64,000 nucleotides of DNA from contig JBBAWM010000002.1 in the NCBI GenBank assembly GCA_040397175.1, forward strand, positions 190,482 through 254,481, written 5' to 3'. Source of the DNA: Candidatus Limnocylindrus sp. (GTDB taxonomy: Bacteria > Chloroflexota > Limnocylindria > Limnocylindrales > Limnocylindraceae). A program made the position numbers and the translations under genes. Shown piece after piece: positions 57,093-64,000 of this stretch; positions within the stretch are counted from its first letter, which is position 1; each line of letters starts with the position of its first letter. Below the pieces are notes generated by a model that had not been told where the DNA came from, did no database searches, and worked only from the letters and a program-made list of their open reading frames with translations.

Positions 57093-57512
57093 CTACCTGC
57101 GCCGCACGAGGCGTAGCGCCCCCGTGGACCAGAGCGCCCACAACACCAGAACGGGCTGAAAGAGGAGACGCACCGCTCGGGCCGTGTCCGTATTAAGGCC
57201 GAAAGCGTCGATGCGGTTCACGAACTGATTGATGTTCCCCGGAAAGACCGCCACAAAGAAGAGGGCGACGACCAGTCCAACATTCGCACGGAAACGCCAC
57301 AGGGTCAGGAGTGAGAGCCCAAGCAAGATCTCGACGACGCCCGATGCGAGCACCACAAAATCGGGGTCGAGCGGCAGCCAGATGGGCACCTGTGCGCGGA
57401 AGGCGATCCGATTTACTGTCAGATGGCTGTAGCCGGCAGAGGTGAGGAAGAGGCCGAGGCCAACTTGGCTTACCACCCGCAATAGGCGAAGTAGGGAGTT
57501 GCGCTTCCGCAT
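57093..57512 (-). CDS. DoxX-family membrane protein
   Basis: HL..F.AQVP.WLP, SGVVEI, VFPGNI, RLLFQP. Confidence 0.8.
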   Translation of the reverse strand: MRKRNSLLRLLRVVSQVGLGLFLTSAGYSHLTVNRIAFRAQVPIWLPLDPDFVVLASGVVEILLGLSLLTLWRFRANVGLVVALFFVAVFPGNINQFVNRIDAFGLNTDTARAVRLLFQPVLVLWALWSTGALRLVRRR

Positions 57513-57535
57513 GATGAGTACCGCGTCCGGGCGCG

Positions 57536-58261
57536 CTAGGAAACTGGATCAAAACGGGCGGTAACTTCAACAGCGGGTACGTCAACATAGGCGCCCAAGG
57601 TGACAGTGCACGTGGACGTCCCTGCGCATGCTCCGCTCCATCCTACGAATACATAGCCACTTGCTGCAGCAGCGGTGAGCGTCACCTCTCCCGCACCAAA
57701 ACGGGCCAGGCACGTGGCAACACAACTGATTCCACTTGGGGCTGAGTTCACCAGGCCTCCAGCCCCGTTGATCGTCACCTGCAGCGCAAAGCTCGACGGC
57801 CGCAGGCGGAAGGTGGCGTGAAACGTCTGATTGCTCGTTACCGTCGTCTCACAGGTGGTGCCTTCGCCCGGGCACGGCTCGACCCAATCCATCCAGGTCA
57901 AGTCGTACCCAGTTGGAGGTGGTCCCGCCTGTGGAATCATCTTCACGAACGTGCCTGTCGGGAAGAGCGCTGAGCATTTTGTCGGGCAGTTGATGCCAGA
58001 TGGGATTGAAATGAGCCTGCCGTTTTCCGCGCCAGTCATTACGACCGTAAGGCGAAACTTCTCAACAGGAGAGGCGCTAGGGCTTGGCGATGCACTCTCT
58101 GATGCCTCAGGCGACGGAGACACCTCGGACGAGGGTGAAGGCGACGGAGAGCCGTTTGCGATCGGACCGCTTGCCTTCGGGGCGAGGAGTGCCGCGATCA
58201 GGAGTACGGCGCATGCCACGGCAGCACCAGCAACAACCTTGCGCACGAGGGGCATATTCAT
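57536..58261 (-). CDS. exported protein with Ser/Pro linker and two InlB B-repeat-like domains
   Basis: N-terminal hydrophobic segment; two S.PSGI.C...C...F repeats; FVGWSGAC. Confidence 0.75.
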   Translation of the reverse strand: MNMPLVRKVVAGAAVACAVLLIAALLAPKASGPIANGSPSPSPSSEVSPSPEASESASPSPSASPVEKFRLTVVMTGAENGRLISIPSGINCPTKCSALFPTGTFVKMIPQAGPPPTGYDLTWMDWVEPCPGEGTTCETTVTSNQTFHATFRLRPSSFALQVTINGAGGLVNSAPSGISCVATCLARFGAGEVTLTAAAASGYVFVGWSGACAGTSTCTVTLGAYVDVPAVEVTARFDPVS

Positions 58262-58329
58262 TCGGGCAGTCTATCCGAATCAGGCGACGACCACGAGGAA
58301 TTGAAGAACGTGTCCCCCGTGGGAATCGG

Positions 58330-59730
58330 TCACAGTTCGCGACGGGCGTACTCCGCTCGATCACGTCGAAGGAACTTCCCGGCGCCCTCACGGCCCAGGA
58401 ACACACCCCCCTCAACAATGACGCTACCGCGCGAAAGTACGATCTCCGATGCTCCCTGAACTTGGCGTCCCTCGTAACACGAGTAGTCAACATCCATATG
58501 GTGCGTAGCGGCAGAGATGACGCGCTTCGCCGCTGGGTCATACATCACAATGTCGGCATCAGAGCCAACGGCAATGACCCCCTTCTTCGGATACATGCCG
58601 AAGAGTCGCGCGGGAGCGGTAGAGCAGATCTCAACCCAACGCTCCTTCGTAATCTTGCCGGTCACCACGCCGCCGTCGTGGAGGAGGTCGATACGATCCT
58701 CCACTCCGGGCAGTCCGTTGGGGATCTTGCGGAAATCGTCGCGTCCCAACTCTTTTTGACCGTGAAAATCAAATGGGCAGTGGTCTGTTGCTACGACCTG
58801 CAGCTCGTCTCGAACGAGCCCACCCCACAGTTCTGGCTGATGGTCTTCGCTGCGCAGAGGGGGCGAGCAGACAAACTTCGAGCCGTTGAACCCGTCTCCA
58901 AGGTCTTTGATCGAAAGGAAGAGGTATTGCGGACAGGTCTCCGCGTAGACCGGGAGCCGCTCCTCCCGCGCCGAACGCACACTCTTGAGCGCCTCTTTTG
59001 CGGAGAGGTGCACGATGTAGACGGGTACCTTTGCAGCCTCGGCGAGCCTGATCACTCGATGCGTAGCTTCACCCTCAAGGCTCGAGTATCGAGCCAATCC
59101 GTGTCCGATCGGGTCGGTGACGCCGGCGGCCACGGTATCTGCGGCAATGACATCGATGGCGAGGCCGTTCTCGGCATGCATCATGATCATGCCGCCGTTC
59201 TTGCCCGACTGCTGCATCGCTCGGAAGATGGCTCCGTCGTCGCTAAAGAAGACGCCCGGATAGGCGGTGAACAACTTGAAGTCAGGGATCCCCTCCGCAA
59301 CCAGGGTATCCATCTCCTTCAACGTATCGTCATTGACGTCGCTCATGATCATATGAAAACCGTAGTCAATTGCGGCGTGCCCCTCAGCCTTGCTGTGCCA
59401 CGCGTCGAGCCCTTCGCGCAGCGACTTGCCGCGGGATTGCACCGCAAAGTCGACCACCGTCGTGGTCCCACCGAAGGCCGCCGCGCGCGTTCCGGTAAAG
59501 AAGGTGTCCTTGGCGGAGGTGCCGCCGAACGGCAGCTCCATGTGCGTGTGCACATCAATGCCACCCGGAATGAGCCACTTGCCGCTGGCGTCAATGACGC
59601 GATCAACCGTCATGTTGCTGAACTCTCCCGTCACACCAACGCCCACAATCAACTCGCCGTCAATTAGCACGTCTGCCATGCGTGAGCCCTCAGCTGTGAT
59701 CACCATTCCGCCTGAAATTACCGTTTTCAT
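58330..59730 (-). CDS. hydA: dihydropyrimidinase (D-hydantoinase)
   Basis: PGGIDVHTH, GGTTTVVDF, KLFTAYP, HAENG, ETCPQYL, TDHCPF, IPNGLPG. Confidence 0.95.
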   Translation of the reverse strand: MKTVISGGMVITAEGSRMADVLIDGELIVGVGVTGEFSNMTVDRVIDASGKWLIPGGIDVHTHMELPFGGTSAKDTFFTGTRAAAFGGTTTVVDFAVQSRGKSLREGLDAWHSKAEGHAAIDYGFHMIMSDVNDDTLKEMDTLVAEGIPDFKLFTAYPGVFFSDDGAIFRAMQQSGKNGGMIMMHAENGLAIDVIAADTVAAGVTDPIGHGLARYSSLEGEATHRVIRLAEAAKVPVYIVHLSAKEALKSVRSAREERLPVYAETCPQYLFLSIKDLGDGFNGSKFVCSPPLRSEDHQPELWGGLVRDELQVVATDHCPFDFHGQKELGRDDFRKIPNGLPGVEDRIDLLHDGGVVTGKITKERWVEICSTAPARLFGMYPKKGVIAVGSDADIVMYDPAAKRVISAATHHMDVDYSCYEGRQVQGASEIVLSRGSVIVEGGVFLGREGAGKFLRRDRAEYARREL

Positions 59731-59743
59731 AAAGCCCCCCCTA

Positions 59744-60748
59744 CTAGTGCGTGTTGACCGCAGCGGCCCGATAGGCGGGAATAACGTGTGTGCCAAATAG
59801 TTCAAGCTGCTCCGCCTCATCGCCATTCATCAGGTATAGATTGAACTGAGTAACACCCGCCTTGTCGAGCTCGACAAGCTTATGAACATGGTCCTCAACT
59901 GAGCCGACAAGCCCGAACCGATCCACGATTTCGTCGGTAACGAACGATGCATTCGTCGAACCCACCTCAGCATGGTGCAAGTAGTTGTACCCCTCACGGT
60001 CGCGAACATATCGCGTCAGCGACTCTGGCAGCGCACCCTCGTACTTATTGATCAGGTCGACCACGTGATTGCCCACCAGCGCCGGGAACCAGCGGATACG
60101 CTCGCGGCCAGTGTCAACGTCGCCAATATATGAGGGGGCTGCGGCCATGATCTCTACTGGGTTCGTCCGACCACTCGCCGTTGCTGCCTCCTGCACCTGC
60201 CCAGCAAACCAGCGAATCAGGTCGGGGTCGCCAATCTGTAGGAGTGCCCCGTCTCCTAGCCTTCCGGCGAGGCTCAACGCCATCGGCCCATAGCCGGCGA
60301 TCCACACTGGCAGGCGATGGCCCTTCGTCCAGGGGAGGTGCAGTGCGGTGCCCTCGTGCTCCATGGAGGTGCCAGCGACAAGGCCACGGATCAGCACTAC
60401 CGCCGCTTCAAGGTCCTTCATTGAGGTTGGTGCCTTGCCTAGAACACGCCGCGCCGAGTCACCGCGCCCAATCCCAAGATCAACCCGACCGTTGGAAAGC
60501 TCGCTCAACACGGCCAGCGTGCTTGCCGTGACCGAGGGTTCACGCGTGGCCGGATTCGTCACGCAGGTACCGAAGCGCATGGTGCTCGTCGCGCCGATCA
60601 TCAGCGTGAGCAGTGGATACGGATCTCGCCACAGCACATGAGAGTCAAACAGCCATCCGTACTCGAATCCGAGCGCCTCGGCGCGGCGCGTGAGCTCCAA
60701 CGTTTCTTCTATCGAATGATCTGGCTTAAGGGTGAACCCAAATTTCAT
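59744..60748 (-). CDS. luciferase-like (LLM) oxidoreductase, putatively F420-dependent (TIGR03842-like)
   Basis: WLFDSHVLW, GTCVTNPATR, LGIGRGDSA, AGYGP; between amidase and hydA. Confidence 0.85.
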   Translation of the reverse strand: MKFGFTLKPDHSIEETLELTRRAEALGFEYGWLFDSHVLWRDPYPLLTLMIGATSTMRFGTCVTNPATREPSVTASTLAVLSELSNGRVDLGIGRGDSARRVLGKAPTSMKDLEAAVVLIRGLVAGTSMEHEGTALHLPWTKGHRLPVWIAGYGPMALSLAGRLGDGALLQIGDPDLIRWFAGQVQEAATASGRTNPVEIMAAAPSYIGDVDTGRERIRWFPALVGNHVVDLINKYEGALPESLTRYVRDREGYNYLHHAEVGSTNASFVTDEIVDRFGLVGSVEDHVHKLVELDKAGVTQFNLYLMNGDEAEQLELFGTHVIPAYRAAAVNTH

Positions 60749-60759
60749 GTGCAAAAAAT

Positions 60760-61608
60760 TTACGGCCGCACAAGATCTTCATAGGCGTCTGGCCTGCGAT
60801 CTCGATACCACTGCCACGTTTGGCGCACGTCTTGGATCAGGTCTAGGTTCAGGCTGCGAACGAGGAGCTCCTCGTTGTGTGCATCACCAACTTCACCGAC
60901 GAACTGGCCGCGCGGGTCAACCAAATAACTCTGTCCGTAAAAATCATTCTCTCCGAGCGGCTCGATACCAACGCGATTGATCGTGCCAACGTAGTAACCG
61001 TTCGCCACGGCGTGGCTGACCTGCTCAATGCGCCAGAGGTGCTCCGAGAGACCGCGCGACGTGGCCGATGGGATGAGCACGATCTCAGCACCATTGAGCC
61101 CTAAGGCACGAGCCCCCTCAGGAAAGTGGCGATCGTAGCAAATGTACACGCCAACTTTGCCAACCGCCGTATCAAACACTGGATACCCCAGATTCCCCGG
61201 GCGGAAATAGAACTTCTCCCAAAATCCATTGACGTTTGGGATATGCGTCTTGCGATACTTTCCTAGGTACTTTCCGTCGGCATCAATCACGGCAGCGGTG
61301 TTGTAATAGATACCGCTCGTCTGGCTGTCCTCTTCATACATCGGCACAACAAGGACCATGCCCGTCTCTTTTGCAAGCGCCTGCATGCGCTTCGTGGTTG
61401 GGCCATCCGGAATCAACTCGGTGTAGGAATAATATTGCTTGTCTTGCACCTGGCAAAAGTAGGGTCCGTAGAAGAGTTCTTGGAAGAGCATGAACTGGGC
61501 ACCCTGCTTCGCAGCGTTATGCGCATACTCCTCGTGCTTCTGGATCATCGACTCTTTGTCACCGGTCCACTTAGCCTGGAGCAACGCTCCCTTTACGATG
61601 CGTGCCAT
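60760..61608 (-). CDS. beta-ureidopropionase (nitrilase superfamily)
   Basis: FQELFYGPYFC, KYRKTHIP, FWEKFYF, ICYDRHFPE (E-K-C triad). Confidence 0.9.
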   Translation of the reverse strand: MARIVKGALLQAKWTGDKESMIQKHEEYAHNAAKQGAQFMLFQELFYGPYFCQVQDKQYYSYTELIPDGPTTKRMQALAKETGMVLVVPMYEEDSQTSGIYYNTAAVIDADGKYLGKYRKTHIPNVNGFWEKFYFRPGNLGYPVFDTAVGKVGVYICYDRHFPEGARALGLNGAEIVLIPSATSRGLSEHLWRIEQVSHAVANGYYVGTINRVGIEPLGENDFYGQSYLVDPRGQFVGEVGDAHNEELLVRSLNLDLIQDVRQTWQWYRDRRPDAYEDLVRP

Positions 61609-61644
61609 AACTCCTCCGTCTCTATAGGGGCCCTCAACGAGGTG

Positions 61645-61677
61645 AGTCTACGCCCGCACTCTGCCGTGGCGGAGTGC
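61645..61677 (-). promoter_or_regulatory. promoter (-10 TAGACT) with overlapping 22-bp palindrome
   Basis: TAGACT at 61645-61650; GCACTCTGCCGTGGCGGAGTGC at 61656-61677. Confidence 0.5.
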
Positions 61678-61778
61678 CGTTCCGAGGCATACCGAGAGAC
61701 ACTTTTAGGCTCAGCAGAGCGGGCAGGCAAGCTGCCACAAGGGAAACTAGGAGGGGGTGCGGCTCGCCTAAAGCTCCA

Positions 61779-61830
61779 CCCAGAAACAGCACCGCCCCCA
61801 CCAAATGGTGGAGGCGGTGTGATCAGCGCA
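61779..61830 (-). repeat. duplicated hairpin (terminator/REP-like), copy 1
   Basis: CCCAGAAACAGCACCGCCCCCACCAAATGGTGGAGGCGGTGTG, nearly identical to 63255-63305. Confidence 0.8.
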
Positions 61831-61842
61831 TGAGACCAGAAA

Positions 61843-63111
61843 TCAGCTGAGTGCGATACCGATCGCGAGGCTGAATCCGAACGCACCCTGCAGCACGATC
61901 GTGCCAACGTTCGCGCGCACGAGCTTGCGCGAGGCGAACTCGCGGAAGAGCACGGTGAGAGCACGTGCCGCGATCGGGAGCGTGAGCAGCGCTAACAACG
62001 CCGTTGGCGCAAGAGCGCCTGTGGCGACGAGTGCGATCAGGATTCCGTAGGCACCAACGAGCAGTGCAGCATAGCCCCAGCGTGCGGCGCTGGTGCCGAT
62101 CGTCACGACCAGGTGGTTCTTGCCGGCGAGCGCGTCGCTCGGCGCATCGGGGAACTCGTTGATCCAGAGGATGGCGGTAGTGAGCAGACCAACGGGAACG
62201 CCCAGGAGCCCCGCAACAGGGTCGATGGTTCCCGTCATTGCGGCAACTGCACCCACCGAGAGGAGCGGCCCGAAGGAAACGCCGATCAGCAGCTCGCCGA
62301 GCCCGCGTCGAGCGATGAGTCGAAGTGGTGGCGCGGTGTAGGTCCACGCGGCGATTGCACCGAGCACGCCAAGTGGGAGGACGATCGGCGAACCGAGCGC
62401 AGCGATCCCAAGGCCACAGGCGAGTGCTACGACGAGCGAGCCGACTGCAATGCGCATCAGTCCGCCTTCGGTGACGAGACCGAGCTCAATGGCGCGGCTG
62501 CCACCGGAGTACGGCAGGAAGTAGTCGTGGTTGATCTTGTCGGCACCGCTCTGCCAGTCGTACATGTCGTTCCAGGTGTTGGCGGCAATGTGCACCGAGG
62601 CGGCGCCCACGAGGGCCAGCACGAACGGTAGCCACGAGAAGGCCGAGACCTGTGCGGCGTAGGCACCGGCGATCAGCACCGGAATGATGCTCGCCGAGAG
62701 GAATGGGGCGCGCGTCACCACCATCCAGCGGAAGATCTTCGTGAAGGTCTTGATCTTTGGCTCCACGCGGGCAAGCTCGCTCATTGGGAGCGGAGTCGTA
62801 ACGCCGCAGTAGCCAATCTGCACGCCATCGCGCTTGGTTGGGGTGATGCGAATGGTTGCTGGGAAGCGGCTGCCATCTTTACGAACGAAGACGGTCTCTC
62901 CATCGTACTTGCCAGTGGTGCTCGCGGTCGCGAGCCAGTTCGGCACGTTTTGCAGCACCACCAGGCCTGGGGAGAACTGCGACACACGCGCCTTGCCGAT
63001 CACTTCGGAGGCCTTGTAGCCAAACACCTGCTCGGCGCCTGCGTTGAAGGTCTCGAGTCGGCCCTCCATGTCGCAAGTGATCGTGCTCTTTACGGCTGCG
63101 GTGGTTGCCAT
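61843..63111 (-). CDS. PAS domain fused to MenA-like (UbiA family) prenyltransferase
   Basis: N-terminal FNAGAEQVFGY..SEVIG and RKDGSRFP; C-terminal NTWNDMYD..SGAD, GGSR, NEFPD..SD..AGK; AAGGAG RBS. Confidence 0.85.
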   Translation of the reverse strand: MATTAAVKSTITCDMEGRLETFNAGAEQVFGYKASEVIGKARVSQFSPGLVVLQNVPNWLATASTTGKYDGETVFVRKDGSRFPATIRITPTKRDGVQIGYCGVTTPLPMSELARVEPKIKTFTKIFRWMVVTRAPFLSASIIPVLIAGAYAAQVSAFSWLPFVLALVGAASVHIAANTWNDMYDWQSGADKINHDYFLPYSGGSRAIELGLVTEGGLMRIAVGSLVVALACGLGIAALGSPIVLPLGVLGAIAAWTYTAPPLRLIARRGLGELLIGVSFGPLLSVGAVAAMTGTIDPVAGLLGVPVGLLTTAILWINEFPDAPSDALAGKNHLVVTIGTSAARWGYAALLVGAYGILIALVATGALAPTALLALLTLPIAARALTVLFREFASRKLVRANVGTIVLQGAFGFSLAIGIALS

Positions 63112-63254
63112 GGTGGTTCTCCTTCTCTTCAGATGCGCGGCATCAACTATTGGGATGATTTCATCGGGAATCCTACCAAAATTCCTTCCACGAGGATTCG
63201 CAGCCATGTGTATCCGAAACGGATTTTCCTTCTCGGTGCAGGCATGTTTTGAAG

Positions 63255-63305
63255 CCCAGAAACAACACCGCCCCCACCAGATGGTGGAGGCGGTGTGTTC
63301 AGTGC
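63255..63305 (-). repeat. duplicated hairpin (terminator/REP-like), copy 2
   Basis: CCCAGAAACAACACCGCCCCCACCAGATGGTGGAGGCGGTGTG. Confidence 0.8.
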
Positions 63306-63318
63306 GAGTAACCGAGAG

Positions 63319-64000
63319 CTAGGCGCGCTTTGCACCTCGAACTCGCAGGCCGATGCTGGCCGCAGCGGTCAGGCCGGCCAAGATCACCAGCATCGTGGTC
63401 CAGACCGAACCATCACGGCTCGTCTCTGGCAGCACGTAGGTCGGCTCATCGAGATAGGCGAACTCATAACCAGTGGCAGCGCTGTACACCGTGGTGTACA
63501 GGCGACCGCCGACGGCCACGATGTTCGTGTCGTAGCAGACGCAGCTGATGTACTGGTTTGTTCCACCAGGGAACGGCACGCTCTCTGTGGTCGCACCGTC
63601 TGTGCGCCAGAGGCCAAAGTTCGTACCGTCGGTGGCCTGGAAGTAGAGGAAGGCACCGAGGGCGGTGAAGGCGTACGGGGAGGAGTAATCGGCGCCGCCG
63701 CTGCCGGTGTTGATGTCCTGCACCAGTGCGGTCGTGGTGCCGTTGGTGCGCCAGAGTTCAGCGCCATGCGTGGCGTCGGTGGCCTGGAAGTAGAGGTAGC
63801 CCCCGAGGGCGGTGAACTCGTATGGGTAGGAGCCATCGGCGCCGTTCGTGTTGATGTCCATCACTAGTGCGGTGGTGGTGCCGTTGGTGCGCCAGAGTTC
63901 ACGGCCATGCGTGGCGTCCTCGGCGCTGAAGTAGAGATAGCCATTGAGGGCGGTGAAGTCGTTCGGGTCGGAGCTATCGGCGTCGTTCGTGTTGATGTCC
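63319..64000 (-). CDS. ELWxxDGT-repeat surface protein with C-terminal sorting-like signal (5' end outside window)
   Basis: Frame open to window end; ~47-aa repeats DINT...FTAL..YLYF.A.D..HG.ELWRTNGTTT; C-terminal LPETS-TM-basic tail. Confidence 0.88.
   Translation of the reverse strand, partial: DINTNDADSSDPNDFTALNGYLYFSAEDATHGRELWRTNGTTTALVMDINTNGADGSYPYEFTALGGYLYFQATDATHGAELWRTNGTTTALVQDINTGSGGADYSSPYAFTALGAFLYFQATDGTNFGLWRTDGATTESVPFPGGTNQYISCVCYDTNIVAVGGRLYTTVYSAATGYEFAYLDEPTYVLPETSRDGSVWTTMLVILAGLTAAASIGLRVRGAKRA

Noticed and set aside
58084-59667. 527-aa plus-strand ORF
   Set aside because: Antisense to dihydropyrimidinase, no recognisable domain
63148-63170. Possible Rex operator upstream of PAS-MenA
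   Set aside because: Poor match to TTGTGAA-N4-TTCACAA
61779-63305. Duplicated hairpins as integron attC sites or CRISPR repeats
   Set aside because: No RYYYAAC/GTTRRRY box pair, no integrase or cas genes, only two copies 1.4 kb apart
63620-64000. Tandem DNA repeats as a CRISPR array
   Set aside because: In-frame coding repeats of the ELWxxDGT protein with no unique spacers

Overview
High-GC bacterial chromosome segment, most likely Chloroflexota (probably Limnocylindria-like; this is an inference from gene order and protein features, not a database hit). Bases 1-49,000 are housekeeping genes, all on the minus strand. They include the complete S10-spc-alpha ribosomal protein cluster, the str operon, rpoBC, rplKAJL-nusG-secE, two apparently identical tuf copies, four tRNAs, clpC-radA-ispDF-cysS-rlmB, rpsA, a 16S-Ile-Ala-23S-5S rRNA operon, recR-dnaX and a small SRP RNA. 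Bases 49,000-64,000 are accessory: indoleamine 2,3-dioxygenase, proline dehydrogenase, nucleoside-cleaving enzymes, an OafA/SGNH acyltransferase and surface proteins. The best candidate for a new system is a three-gene pyrimidine-catabolism operon. In it, a luciferase-like (putatively F420-dependent) oxidoreductase sits between beta-ureidopropionase and dihydropyrimidinase, and no canonical dihydropyrimidine dehydrogenase lies in the window. Other notable items are a PAS-MenA prenyltransferase fusion flanked by a duplicated hairpin element, recurrent leaderless-gene promoters, actinobacteria-like 23S expansion segments, an RpoB H526S-equivalent substitution and an atypical G37 tRNA-Tyr. RNA gene ends are approximate.
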